Positions 1 to 12,795 of a stretch of DNA of 64,000 nucleotides are shown here, piece after piece. The notes beneath the pieces are model-generated. The model was not told the origin of the DNA. It made no database searches and worked only from the letters and a program-made list of their open reading frames with translations. The DNA comes from Macrostomum hystrix (Eukaryota; Animalia; Platyhelminthes), in assembly GCA_950097015.1 (NCBI GenBank), contig CATNEN010000003.1:14756001-14820000 (forward strand). Direction: 5' to 3'. The position numbers and the translations under genes were made by a program. Position 1 is the stretch's first letter. The number at the start of each line of letters is the position of its first letter.

Positions 1-79
1 TTATAGAAAATTTATTTTTAAATGTAGCCGTTTGCAAATCATTAAAACAATGGGTTAAAAAATAAAATATAAATAATTT

Positions 80-255
80 GCACACACAGGTGTGTACATC
101 TGTCCTGACTTTATCATCGTCATACAGTGTACACCCTCACGGTGCCTTCTGTGCCTTCTACACAAATTAATGTGTGGCCTCGCCGCGGAATCGAGCTCTG
201 GCACCTTGTTGCGAGAGGCAAACTAGTTAGAATTAATTCGCCTCTTGCACTCATG
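80..255 (-). mobile_element. tRNA-derived SINE family A, degraded copy
   Basis: Shares TGTACATCTG-CTGACTTT-TCATCGTCA and GTGGCCTC-CCGCG-AATCGAGCTC blocks with the copies at 40675-40925 and 43960-44260. Confidence 0.65.
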
Positions 256-612
256 CTGGCTCCAACAATATTGGATTTCATGTTGCATCTTTAAAGTACA
301 TCAGAAGTGCATCGGAAAGTTGGTACCTCCGAGTATAAAGAATACAAGCAAGTGAAAATATAGCATTTATATATTTTTTTACATTAGTGAAAATAAAAAT
401 AAAGTATTAACAGATTTAGCTAAAGCATTAACTTTCGTTATGTCAAAGACAAATAGTGTAAATAAAAATTATTGTGTGCGCAAAGCAGTATATGTATTGA
501 TGAAGCTTTCATTTTTTTAAATAAGACACATCTACTTAAATTCGAGCTTTCCTATTAACTGGTGCCAAGGAATTCCCTAGGCCATTTTAAAAGGAAACAC
601 TTGATATTTGCT

Positions 613-1160
613 AAGGGATTCCCTAGACCGTTGCTATGGGATTCCCTAGACCGTTGCTATGGGATTCCCTAGACCGTTGCTATGGGATTCCCTAGACTGT
701 CACTAAGGGATTCCCTAGACCTTCGCCAAGGGATTCCCTAGACCGTTGTTATGGGATTCCCTAGACCGTTGCTATGGGATTCCCTAGACCTTCGCCAAGG
801 GATTCCCTAGACCGTTGTTATGGGATTCCCTAGACCGTTGCTATGGGATTCCCTAGACCTTCGCCAAGGGATTCCCTAGACAGTTGCTATGGGATTCCCT
901 AGACCGCCGCTAAGGGATTCCCTAGACCGTTGCTATGGGATTCCCTAGACTGTCGCTAATGGGTTTACTTGGCCGTTGCTATGGGATTCCCTAGACTGTC
1001 GCTAATGGGTTTCCTTGGCCGTTGCTATGGGATTCCCTAGACTGTCGCTAATGGGTTTCCTTGGCCGTTGCTATGGGATTCCCTAGACTGTCGCTAAGGG
1101 ATTCCCTAGACCGTCATTAAGGGATTCCCTAGACCGTTCTTAAGGGATTCCCAAGACCGT
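613..1160. repeat. 23-bp minisatellite (GGGATTCCCTAGACCGTTGCTAT), about 23 copies
   Basis: Directly visible tandem array with a quasi-palindromic GGGATTCCC core. Confidence 0.95.
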
Positions 1161-1415
1161 TTTGCTGAGATTCCGCACGTTACTTTTTGAATTTTTTAAA
1201 TGAACTATTTGTAGTCTGTAATAAAAATAGAATTTTCAAAAAGTGCCTGCGTGCGACTGTTAAAAAGCATTAAGAAGAGGATTTATGAGATATACTAGGA
1301 TTCAATAATGAAAAGCACTGCAAACAGTAATAATCTGTTAGTTGAATACATATTTTCAAGACGAAGTTAGAGGTTAAAAATTGTTATGCTCGGCGCAAGA
1401 GAGAGACCAGTTATG

Positions 1416-2771
1416 TCAGTACTCCAAACACGAGTTGCTATGCGCATCCGATACGCTCAAGTTAGATTTTTCGTCTGGCTCTCTCAGCGAGGCAGGTCTA
1501 CCTGGTCGGCTTAGCGCGATGCTTTCAACAGCCTTGGAACCGCCAGCGTTGTCGGCGGTGTCGACAGAAGCAGCTGCTGCAACGGCGGGTCCTGTACCAG
1601 AATTTCCAGCTCCGCGGGCCGCAACAGCAGCACGACTTTGACGATCTTCCGCAGCTGATTCCCGTGGTTGTCCGCCGACGGCTCTAAGAAAAGCCCTAGC
1701 CTTCGCTGAAAGATGAGACAAGCCGAAGGCCTCTTTAAAGACATCTCTGAACTGCTTACTCATGAAGCTGTAGAGAAAGAAGTTGATTGTATTGTTGACT
1801 AGGCCGATGGCGTTCAGGATGGCATTGTAGGTGAGTAGAAAGCATTGAACGCTGGTCAAGTTGAATGCGCTATCGGACAGTACTAAGATGAGGCTCATTG
1901 GAATCTCGTACAGGATGTAGAGCAACAGGATGATCAGCAGGAAGCTGGTTGTTCGTCGATGATCTCTGGAGCGTTTCTCCTTCCGGCTAGACTTGCTTCT
2001 TTGCTGATCCTTTGTCAACGGCGTGGATGCGTCGTTTTGAGCCTCGGCGGAGGAGGCGCCAGCGGCGGCGGCAGTGGCACTTCTATGGTTGGACTTGATC
2101 AGTTTCTCTCGCCTTTTCTCAGCCTGGTGGAGGCTGTAGATGATGCAGAAGCAGAATACGGCCATGATGATGCACGGAGCAAGCTTCTGCGCAATCACAT
2201 TGATCATGCGCACCTGGTACTGATAGGAGTCCAGCATCTCCGGAACGAATATGACGACTGTGTTGTCAGTTGAATTGGTGCCATCACTAATTGGTTCCTG
2301 GCGCAACCTCAGTATACTTGCATAGGGCAGCGTGATGATGACATTGGCTAGAAATGCCAGACAGACGGCTAGACGAGCGCGCGATAGGCTGAACCAGATT
2401 TTAGTAAACGGCGAAGCGTAGAATCTCAGGTAGAAGAATCTGAATAGGGCCAGAAGGACGCCGCACCACAACGCGAAAGCGTGCATCACCAACATAGCGA
2501 CGTTGCAGATTAAATAAAGCAACTGGCTGGCATACGACGTAGCCGGTAGATGCGCCACTGTTGTCATTAGAAACATGGACACTTTGCATAGGTCGCTGAC
2601 CGCTATGCCTAGCAGAATGGAATTCGTTGGTGAAAGCATTTTCCGCTTGCTAAATATCACAATGTTGCAGATGTTCAATAGTAGTGACATTCCGGAGATG
2701 CAACTGATCACGGGAACACTGATACGCGCATACTCCATCATGAAGCCGCTCTGGCTGCAGTTGGTAGACAT
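1416..2771 (-). CDS. Intronless class A 7TM GPCR, FMRFamide/myosuppressin receptor-like (DMSR/Srw-type), about 451 aa from the first ATG
   Basis: Seven hydrophobic segments. Family motifs: NIVIFSKRKMLSPTNSILLGIAVSDL (TM1-2), HAFALWCGVLLALFRF (TM3), KLAPCII (TM5), RRTTSFLLIILLLYILYEIP (TM6), NNTINFFLYSFMSKQFRDVF (TM7/H8). First ATG is at 2771; the ORF track starts at an upstream TTG. Confidence 0.9.
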   Translation of the reverse strand: MSTNCSQSGFMMEYARISVPVISCISGMSLLLNICNIVIFSKRKMLSPTNSILLGIAVSDLCKVSMFLMTTVAHLPATSYASQLLYLICNVAMLVMHAFALWCGVLLALFRFFYLRFYASPFTKIWFSLSRARLAVCLAFLANVIITLPYASILRLRQEPISDGTNSTDNTVVIFVPEMLDSYQYQVRMINVIAQKLAPCIIMAVFCFCIIYSLHQAEKRREKLIKSNHRSATAAAAGASSAEAQNDASTPLTKDQQRSKSSRKEKRSRDHRRTTSFLLIILLLYILYEIPMSLILVLSDSAFNLTSVQCFLLTYNAILNAIGLVNNTINFFLYSFMSKQFRDVFKEAFGLSHLSAKARAFLRAVGGQPRESAAEDRQSRAAVAARGAGNSGTGPAVAAAASVDTADNAGGSKAVESIALSRPGRPASLREPDEKSNLSVSDAHSNSCLEY

Positions 2772-4056
2772 GGCTCGAAACTTGCCCTGCTTCAATGCGG
2801 AAATATGAAATCCGAATTGTATGTAGCATCAGAAAAACTAATGATACGTAATTTTTTACGCGTATAATTTACAGATACCGTTTCACCTTATTTTACCACA
2901 ATAGCTGTTCTCTACTGGCTTAGCATATAAGTAATGATTGGACCGACTAGAACAAAGTTAAGTTACTTTCTGCCGCAGATTTTATTACGCTTCGAATCAC
3001 ACCGACCGTCTATAGTTGCATGGTATTAATTTGCCAAACCGCTATAGCCAAATGAATGGCTGCGTTTGCTAGATAATACTTTCTAGTAACTATAGTGATT
3101 ACTTCCATCTCGTTAGATTTCAGACAGCTAGACAAACTTGCCTACCCAAAGAGGCTATCTGTCTTAGCATACTATGGATTTCTATACCCGATTACAGCCC
3201 TAAATAGGGATTTCGTAAGTATTATAGGCATGCAAAGTATTCAGAAATGTGAAGCTTGCTACTCTCGCCTCAATTCATAAGAAGTGAGAACACGGCTACT
3301 CAGTGTAACATGATATCCTCTGCCACTGTATAAGCAATAACTTTCTACAAAGCAACAGCAAATTTTGCTACTTGAATTACTTCCTTTTGAGTACTTATAT
3401 AGTCTTAACACCGATGGCTATAGCAACAAGATAAGAAACTGTTATCTTGAACTTGTTGCCTCTGAATTACTTTATAAGAAACTGTTATCTTGAACTTGTT
3501 GCCTCCGATGACACGAAAGCTTCCGGAATCACAAAAAATTAGCATCGTCGATATATTCAACAATTCAACCAGTATAGAATTTTTCTGCTCCACAGAATTT
3601 CATCATGTAATCATGTCGGCTATCATTGGTAACTATTGTCGCGACTTTCGTCTCTGCCTTCTGTCCTCTATTCACTCTTTCGTTCTCTGCACTTTTCTTG
3701 TTTACATCGTCCAGTTCAATCTTGTTCTTTCTTCCTCGTTATCTCTGCGGCTGATCTCTCATTCTCTATCCTTTCTTTCCTCCTTTCTGATTGGTCCGCC
3801 GCTCACATTCTAGCCTCCTCTCCTACCCTCAGTCGCGCACTCTTGTTATCGTACCGCCAACCTCCTCCAGTCTGTCCAGCCTAACCATGTTTAAATATAT
3901 AGTCCAGGGCACAACGCCCTCTCACACTTCACCTGACTTCGCTACTCTCCATAAGCTTCCTGCAGGCCAGCTTGACAATTCTGTCTGTCTCTCACAGTTT
4001 TCTAGACAACTATTTTGGATTGATTAGTTTTTTTCTATTTTTAAACCATTATGGAT

Positions 4057-4595
4057 CAGTGGCGCAACCAGGTTTTTTGCCTTAGGGGGGCGGTCTTTGC
4101 GTACATTGCCCTTTGCGTACATTGCCCTTTGCGTACATTGCCCTTTGCGTACATTGCCCTTTGCGTACATTGCCCTTTGCGTACATTGCCCTTTGCGTAC
4201 ATTGCCCTTTGCGTACATTGCCCTTTGCGTACATTGCCCTTTGCGTACATTGCCCCGCGGGCCGAAGGGGGGGCGGCCGCCAGGTGGAGCGCGCTCTGTT
4301 TCGCGGTTTTCGCCCACCATTCCTGGGCCAATTTCAAGGGCCGGTAGGGTAGGGCCCAGACGATTTAAAAGGTTTAAAAAATCCGAACGCATGCACGAAT
4401 ATAATGAAAGCTTGAAAATTAATATATGACCAATGGTCTTGGACTTGGTCTTTGGTCTATGTACGTTGGACTTGGGGGACAGGGAATGAGATAAGGTAAT
4501 AAATTAAGAAGCATCTTGGCTTGCCCTTTGCGTACATTGCCCACGGGCCGAAGGGGGGCGGCCGCCACCCCCGCCCCCCCCTGGTTGCGCCACTG
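4057..4595. mobile_element. Non-autonomous hAT-type MITE, 539 bp
   Basis: 16-bp perfect TIR CAGTGGCGCAACCAGG / CCTGGTTGCGCCACTG, flanked by an 8-bp TSD TTATGGAT (4049-4056 and 4596-4603). CAG termini with an 8-bp TSD are typical of hAT elements. Confidence 0.92.
4096..4255. repeat. 16-bp tandem repeat TTTGCGTACATTGCCC x10 inside the MITE
   Basis: Ten identical copies, plus a single monomer at about 4527-4542. Confidence 0.97.
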
Positions 4596-7214
4596 TTATG
4601 GATTCGCATTAGAGTTTCATACTGAGCAACGTTAGTTGTCCTTGTCACCAGGGTCTTCGACGAGAATCGCTGAACATCTCGGCGATGCTGACTTTGGACG
4701 GCTTTGAAAGTTAGTACATCGTAAAGAGCGAATAATTTAGATCCAGATGGTGGACTTTCACGACAATCGGTCATTCGGTTTGGGAGCTGTCGTGAAGTAG
4801 GCAGCGGGTATTGGAAATATTCCCGTGCTCTTTCAACTGTGCGTCAGGCCTCGGCCAGAAATTACAAGATATGGTACGCTGCAAAGTTAACTCAAACTAC
4901 ACAGCATCCTTCAAGATTATGTCTAATTGTGCTTAGCTATTAATTGGAACTGTCCGATATATTTGCATTTTAATTTTTGACCTCCCCCTATAGTAAATGT
5001 TGGTATGCTCGGCGCGGCCCTACTTTTCCTCATATCCTATAGATCCCAAAATTTGCATATGCAAATCACTTCAACGAGGGACTACCGATGTATGCAAGAA
5101 GAGAAATTTAGCAGAAAAAACTTCTGAAGTTAGAATTTGTTCTGCTTTTGTCAGAAACCGCTCACTATGCATACAAATCTCGAATTTTTGTCGCTATTAA
5201 TAAAAAAATTGTGCATTAAAACAAATGCGTTGCGTTTTCTTACACGAAAAAGTATACAAATATAATAATGCAGCATGAATGAGCAAATTCTGATTGGCCA
5301 GTGAAACTTAAGTTTTCTGACTATTTTTAGAAAACTTTTAGTGAGGCACCCCTCTTAGCGCACCCCTTATCAAGTCACGTGACAGAATCTTACCCAATCA
5401 AAGTTGAAGAGTCGATTATCAGACTTTTAAAATATTCCAGGAGACCTTGAAAATCAAACTCGAAAATTCAAATGGTAATAAATGCTACAGGACTTTTGCT
5501 GCAGCCTCTATTTAAAGCAAAATTATCCAAGACAACAGGTGAAGAAACATGACTTGTGAATTGGATTTAATATCCTATAGGTAACACTGTTTCACGTACA
5601 ATGTTCTGAAATCCTGCGTTTTTAAGTCCCATTGTCTGTTCTGAATATCTGCTCACTATAGTTGCCATTCCACAGGAAGCAGGAGGTATACTCATGTCTA
5701 AATTCTCATCTATTTTACTTACATACATGTAGGTATTTCTCTCTCTTTCTTATCGGCTTGCCTGCTACCCCCCCTAGACAAGACAAAAGCGGAAAAGAGA
5801 AATTTCTTCTGACGAGGGACGAGAAAGTCATATGCGAGACACCAGGCGCGCTCCGCCAAAACTGGGCTTCAGGAATCGTGTGAAAAAATGTTGAATGCAT
5901 CGCATTAAACGCAGAGGAACATTTGCAACCGCCGAGTCGTATGTTTAGGTTTTAGGTGGAAAAAACTTGTCTGTTTGCATGGCCACGTGTACGCGACGTG
6001 GTTCAGGTTCAGACGAGAACAGGTTGCCGCCAGGGTTGACGGATTCATATAAGCGTGAAGTTTCAAGCTTCACTAGATTGACAATAGGTATGTTATTCAA
6101 CCGCAGAAAATATCTGTCACGCACCCTCCTGTCAATCAGCAGTTGTTTAAAAGTTGCTAAATATTTTTCAAGCTTATTTTTTAACAAAAAACGCTTAACT
6201 AAACGAAAACGATTTTTATTCACAATTTCAGAGCCGGTGATTCGCCCGCGGAGCAAAAACTAAATGATTTGGTTGTTCTAGAATATCTATGCATTTAAGT
6301 GCATCATATGGCAGGATGAAGGTAGGTTAAAGTTTTGCCAGATATTTAGCCGTGGTCTCAACACTAACTCAAGGTGCATAAATATATACAAAAAAAGTAT
6401 TTGTCAACAACTTCTTTTATTGAAATCATTTAGCTAAACTTTTTTATATCTTCAGGCCCTGGCCCGATCTGACAACGCTAAAGGATCTCAGCGGCAAAGT
6501 GGGTCTAGAATGCATGCATGGCTGCGCCACACAAGGCTTTCCGGTCAATCCCTCGAGGTTCTTTTCCAGCCTCTCTGCTATTCGCGGCGATATATTAATG
6601 CACACAATGTGCTACCAAAGGCAGAGGGGCAGAACAAACTTGATAGTCGATAGTCGGGGCTAAAATCTCTTAGCGAACCTGCAGGGTCCCGCGTGAATAT
6701 CCCACCATTCCCATCCAGAGGAAATTCTCAACGAAAAAAGTTCTTCATCTTCGTTTTTTGATGGCAAAAACAAACAACCTTTTATCGCTGTCAGGCACTT
6801 AAAAGATAATTGTCATCTTCTAGTTCAAGAAATGTTTTCCTGCTGTCTTCTCTCTAGAGTCTGCAACAAAAAAGTTATGGCCTAAGTGTCTGCAGCCTTG
6901 TCTTTCTCCCAATTAGGGCAAAATAGGTCTTCCTTATTTTTTCTTTTTTTGTCGAGAACACCTTTTTTGCATGAAAGCCAAACAGGTGCTATTTTTGGCA
7001 ACTACGAAAAGTGTTTTCAAAATTGATTGCTTCTACTTATATAGTATTTAAAATGGGCACAGTTTTCTATCTGCATGTCTGCTTCAGGTGCAATCAATTG
7101 TAAGGAGTTTCCGATACTAAATAATTTACTTAGAAAGAGAATGAATTCCGTTAATTCTTTACTTCTCGGCTTTTTAACATCTCAATGTGCGTCTGGTTTA
7201 ACTTTACTAAAATA

Positions 7215-7412
7215 GGCTGTAGCCTTGTGGTTAGAGCTTCGGACTCTTCGGACTGTGGTTAGGGGTTCGATTCTTGACTTCTATTATAAAACTTGCTTCA
7301 TTAAGAAAGACAGTTAACTCTGCATTGCGGACCCAGCTGTTGGCTGTGATAATTGAGGGTGGGTGCGGCGTCTCCCCAGTCCATGGACTGAACAGCCGTA
7401 CGCAGCCTTCAA
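7215..7412 (+). mobile_element. tRNA-derived SINE family B with a CORE-like central domain
   Basis: A box TAGCCTTGTGG and B box GGTTCGATTC. Central AAGACAGTTAACTCTGCATTGC and 3' GGACTGAACAGCCGTACGCAGCCTTC are shared with copies at 23870-24005 and 63205-63370. Confidence 0.75.
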
Positions 7413-9019
7413 TGAATGTCGCGAATCTTAGAATGGGAAGTTCTTACAGTTTTCTGGACGCCTCAAAGGAAAATGAATCGATGGTCGCCTTTTCCTTTGG
7501 ACTCTCTTTCATTTTCTCATTTCTCCCATTGCAATGGGAGAACTGGCGGGAGGGCGTATAGCGGGGCGTATAGTAAAAATCAACCAGCGCCCACTGGTGG
7601 GAGGGCGTATAGCGGGGCGCCGGTGCCCCACCCTGCGCCCCCCGCCCTGCGCCCCCCACCGGTGTCCCACCGGGTGCAGAGTTTATCCTCATACTTTTTT
7701 ACATAGATGGAACTCCTTATCAGACAAATTTCAGATAGAAAAGCAAATCAATGAACATGCATAAAGTGAGACGCCATCTTTTTACCCAGAAGCTGAAAAG
7801 GTTAGACATATGAACCCAATTGATTTTTCTAAGACATTATATTGTCAAGTGAGTGAAGAACCGTGATTTTCAATTCATTATACAAAGCCAATTTATACAA
7901 GGCCAAGTACCAGAGTGCTACTCGAACCTCAGCCTAGAACTTGCTCAGCTGGAACGGTCGACTATTTTTCCCATGGGAGATTTTTTTATTGTCAAAGGGC
8001 GTGGCGCCGTATGAGAGCAGTATAGATAAGAAGCTATATGCTGCTTTTTTCATTTTCTTTGATCAATTTGCATGCCGAATGAAATGGCAAAACAATTGGC
8101 ATTGATTGAGAAGGGAGAGCAGCGACTTCTGGGCCATCTCAAATCGCTTGGGCGAAGGATGAATCGTTGAAATAAATGCGTTTCAGAAGGCTAAACCAGT
8201 GACTAATTATAGCGCGTGACAGCGAATGTTCCATGATTGCAAAAATTGTTAAAAAAACGCCACCGAAAGTCCTGATTTTTCAAATTGTGACGCGGTAAAT
8301 TATTTGAAAAGGATGGCATTTTTCAGGATGGTTTTAGTAATTAAACAGATAATTGTTCCGTTCTCTAACAAACTGAATTGTAATTAGTTTGAAACATATA
8401 TTTTTTCAAATAAGGGAATGTTTGCTTTGGAATGCGCGGGATTAGCCAGATTTTTTATCTGTCACGTTATGAATGACAATAATTTTGCCTATAGCAGCAG
8501 CAGCAGCACCTGCTCAAAGTTATTTATCTAAAAAAATTTCCTCTATTCTTCTTAGACCATAAAGTGACAAGACAGTAAAGAGATTTCTAAAACAAATTGC
8601 GGGAAGTTTATTATTATCTGTACTATCTTTGCTTTTTTCGGATCTAAATACTTACTTCCTATTTTTAAGCTTTATAGAGTCATGAAGCAATAGATTCAGG
8701 TAATATTTGACCTTATTTTCACCATGAACAGACTCGGCTCGCCAAGTGTTTTGAGTTTCTCAAGTGTGTTTTTGCTGTCCCATGTAAGTTCATTACTTTT
8801 TAGTGACATCAATGCACCTTAATTTTGGTGGCTTTATTGCTTCGAAAAGTTTTGACCACTTCGATCATTGCCAGTTAATAGCTTTCTATATAGCTAACTT
8901 TAGTGAGCGGGGGATATCGATTAACCAAGTTGAGTGCTCGTCTGGGCCCTTGGTAACTAAATAACTGCGCGATAAATTTACCCCTACATCTCGGTGAGAT
9001 AAGTGCTCACTTCTTTGTA

Positions 9020-10470
9020 CCTACCAGTCTGTCTGTATATCCTTACTGTCTGTCTGTATATCCTTACTGTCTGTCTGTATAACCTTACTGTCTGTCTGTA
9101 TATCCTTACTGTCTGTCTGTATATCCTTACTGTCTGTCTGTATATCCTTACTGTCTGTCTGTATATCCTACCTGTCTGTCTGTATATCCTACCTGTCTGT
9201 CTGTACAACCTTACTGTCTGTCTGTATATCCTAACTGTCTGTCTGTATATCCTACCTGTCTGTCTGTATATCCTTACTGTCTGTCTGTATATCCTTACTG
9301 TCTGTCTGTATATCCTACCAGTCTGTCTGTATAACCTTACTGTCTGTCTGTATATCCTTACTGTCTGTCTGTATATCCTACCTGTCTGTCTGTATATCCT
9401 ACCAGTCTGTCTGTATATCCTACCAGTCTGTCTGTATATCCTTACTGTCTGTCTGTATATCCTACCAGTCTGTCTGTATAACCATACTGTCTGTCTGTAT
9501 ATCCTACCAGTCTGTCTGTATAACCTTACTGTCTGTCTGTATATCCTACCTGTCTGTCTGTATATCCTACCAGTCTGTCTGTATATCCTTACTGTCTGTC
9601 TGTATATCCTACCTGTCTGTCTATATATCCTACCTGTCTGTCTGTATATCCTACCAGTCTGTCTGTATAACCTTACTGTCTGTCTGTATATCCTACCAGT
9701 CTGTCTGTATAACCTTACTGTCTGTCTGTATATCCTACCTGTCTGTCTGTATATCCTACCAGTCTGTCTGTATATCCTTACTGTCTGTCTGTATATCCTA
9801 CCTGTCTGTCTATATATCCTACCTGTCTGTCTGTATATCCTACCAGTCTGTCTGTATATCCTTACTGTCTGTCTGTATATCCTACCAGTCTGTCTGTATA
9901 TCCTTACTGTCTGTCTGTATATATTCTTGTCTGTCTGTATATCCATACTGTCTGTCTGTATATCCTACCTGTCTGTCTGTATATCCTTACTGTCTGTCTG
10001 TATATCCTACCAGTCTATCTGTATATCCTTACTGTCTGTCTGTATATCCTTACTGTCTGTCTGTATATCCTTACTGTCTGTCTGTATATCCTTACTGTCT
10101 GTCTGTATATCCTTACTGTCTGTCTGTATATCCTTACTGTCTGTCTGTATATCCTACCCGTCTGTCTGTATATCCTTACTGTCTGTCTGTATATCCTACC
10201 AGTCTATCTGTATATCCTTACTGTCTGGCTGTATATCCTTACTGTCTGTCTGTATATCCTTACTGTCTGTCTGTATATCCTTACTGTCTGTCTGTATATC
10301 CTTACTGTCTGTCTGTATATCCTTACTGTCTGTCAGTATATCCTACCTGTCTGTCAGTATATTCTACATGTCTGTCAGTATATCCTACCTGTCTGTCAGT
10401 ATATTCTACCTGTCTGTCAGTATATTCTACCTGTCTGTCAGTATATTCTACCTGTCTGTCTTTCTGTATC
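9020..10470. repeat. 21-bp minisatellite (GTCTGTCTGTATATCCTTACT and variants), about 68 copies
   Basis: Tandem array; explains the 7-aa periodic ORFs on both strands. Confidence 0.97.
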
Positions 10471-10962
10471 CTATACTTTTCTTCATCCTATCCTATGGCA
10501 CTAGAAGCAACTTGGGCATCAAATGAATCTTACCTTGTTTCTTGAGTAGTGTCAGGTGTCGGAAAAACAGCTTCAAAGAGAATAAAGATTGCGACTTTAA
10601 AAGTTACTTTCTAATTAGCTTCTTTTGTAACTGGCGCTTTTACTTCAAACGATGCACCCTAAAAGGTAGTGAAAATTTGTTAAGTGCTAACTGCCTAGAT
10701 AGATTGTTGCCAGTCACAGCAGGCGATGCAATCTATTCCAGTACCTGTGAGCGCGTTTCAGTACTGTGAAAATTTTCCTTATTTATTCCCCTCCATTCGC
10801 CTCCCCTCATACCCCCAACTCAGTGCCTTTTGGCCCAGGTTCAATAAGAAACCAATAATTCACTGATGAATGCATACTATCACAACCAATCAGAATGCAG
10901 CTAGCCTGTGATTGGTCGGAAACGAGTTTTTGTGAATCTGAGTTCATTTTTTGGGTGTAGCT

Positions 10963-12795
10963 GACAGAACAGAATAGTGTGTATGTGTGACAGAACAGTG
11001 TGTGACAGAACAGTGTGTGACAGAACAGTGTGATAGAACAGTGTGTCGGAGCAGTGTAACGGAGCAGTGACAGAACAGTGTGTGACAGAACAGTGTGACA
11101 TAACAGTGTGTGACAGAACAGTGTGTGACAGAACAGTGTGTGACAGAACAGTGTGTGACAGAACAGTGTGAGACAGAACAGTGCGACAGAACAGTGTGTG
11201 ACAGAACAGTGTGTGACAGAACAGTGTGTGACAGAACAGTGTGACAGAACAGTGTGACAGAACAGTGTGTGACAGAACAGTGTGTGACAGAACAGTGTGT
11301 GACAGAACAGTGTGACAGAACAGTGTGACAGAACAGTGTGTGACAGAACAGTGTGTGACAGAACAGTGTGTGACAGAACAGTGTGTGACAGAACAGTGTG
11401 TGACAGAACAGTGTGAGACAGAACAGTGTGACAGAACAGTGTGAGACAGAACAGTGTGAGACAGAACAGTGTGAGACAGAACAGTGTGTGACAGAACAGT
11501 GAGACAGAACAGTGTGTAACAGAACAGTGTGACAGAACAGTGTGACAGAACAGTGTGTGACAGAACAGTGAGACAGAACAGTGTGAGACAGAACAGTGTG
11601 AGACAGAACAGTGTGAGACAGAACAGTGTGAGACAGAACAGTGTGTGACAGAACAGTGTGATAGAACAGTGTGTCGGAGCAGTGTAACGGAGCAGTGACA
11701 GAACAGTGTGACAGAACAGTGTGTGACAGAACAGTGTGAGGCAGAACAATGTGTGGTAGAACAGTGTGTGACAGAACAGTGTGAGACAGAACAGTGTGAG
11801 ACAGAACAGTGTGAGACAGAACAGTGTGAGACAGAACAGTGTGAGGCAGAACAATGTGTGACAGAACAGTGTGAGACAGAACAGTGTGACAGAACAGTGT
11901 GAGACAGAACAGTGTGTGACAGAACAGTGTGTGACAGAACAGTGTGAGACAGAACAGTGTGAGACAGAACAGTGAGACAGAACAGTGAGACAGAACAGTG
12001 TGACAGAACAGTGTGAGACAGAACAGTGAGACAGAACAGTGAGACAGAACAGTGAGACAGAACAGTGTGTGACAGAACAGTGTGTGACAGAACATTGTGT
12101 GACAGAACAGTGTGTGACAGAACAGTGTGTGACAGAACAGTGTGTGACAGAACAGTGTGTGACAGAACAGTGAGACAGAACAGTGTGAGACAGAACAGTG
12201 TGTGACAGAACAGTGAGACAGAACAGTGTGTGACAGAACAGTGAGACAGAACAGTGTGTGACAGAACAGTGAGACAGAACAGTGTGAGACAGAACAGTGA
12301 GACAGAACAGTGTGACAGAACAGTGAGACAGAACAGTGAGACAGAACAGTGTGTGACAGAACAGTGAGACAGAACAGTGTGAGACAGAACAGTGAGACAG
12401 AACAGTGTGACAGAACAGTGTGAGACAGAACAGTGAGACAGAACAGTGTGTGACAGAACAGTGTGAGACAGAACAGTGTGTGACAGAACAGTGAGACAGA
12501 ACAGTGTGAGACAGAACAGTGAGACAGAACAGTGTGAGACAGAACAGTGAGACAGAACAGTGTGTGACAGAACAGTGAGACAGAACAGTGTGAGACAGAA
12601 CAGTGAGACAGAACAGTGTGACAGAACAGTGTGAGACAGAACAGTGAGACAGAACAGTGTGAGACAGAACAGTGAGACAGAACAGTGTGAAAGAACAGTG
12701 TGAGACAGAACAGTGAGACAGAACAGTGTGTGACAGAACAGTGTGTGACAGAACAGTGTGTGACAGAACAGTGTGACAGAACATTGTGTGACAGT
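10963..12795. repeat. GACAGAACA(GT)n minisatellite with mainly 13- and 15-bp units
   Basis: Unit length varies by 2 bp. The block GTCGGAGCAGTGTAACGGAGCAGTG occurs twice (about 11045 and 11673), showing higher-order duplication. Confidence 0.97.

Noticed and set aside
613-1160. Array of NF-kB-like GGGATTCCC sites downstream of the GPCR
   Set aside because: Explained by ordinary tandem amplification; GGGAT cores are common in this window's repeats, and nothing indicates regulation.
7215-7280. tRNA genes here and at about 23940-24005, 40850-40925, 63300-63370
   Set aside because: A/B boxes are present but there is no intact cloverleaf, and each is joined to a shared SINE body.
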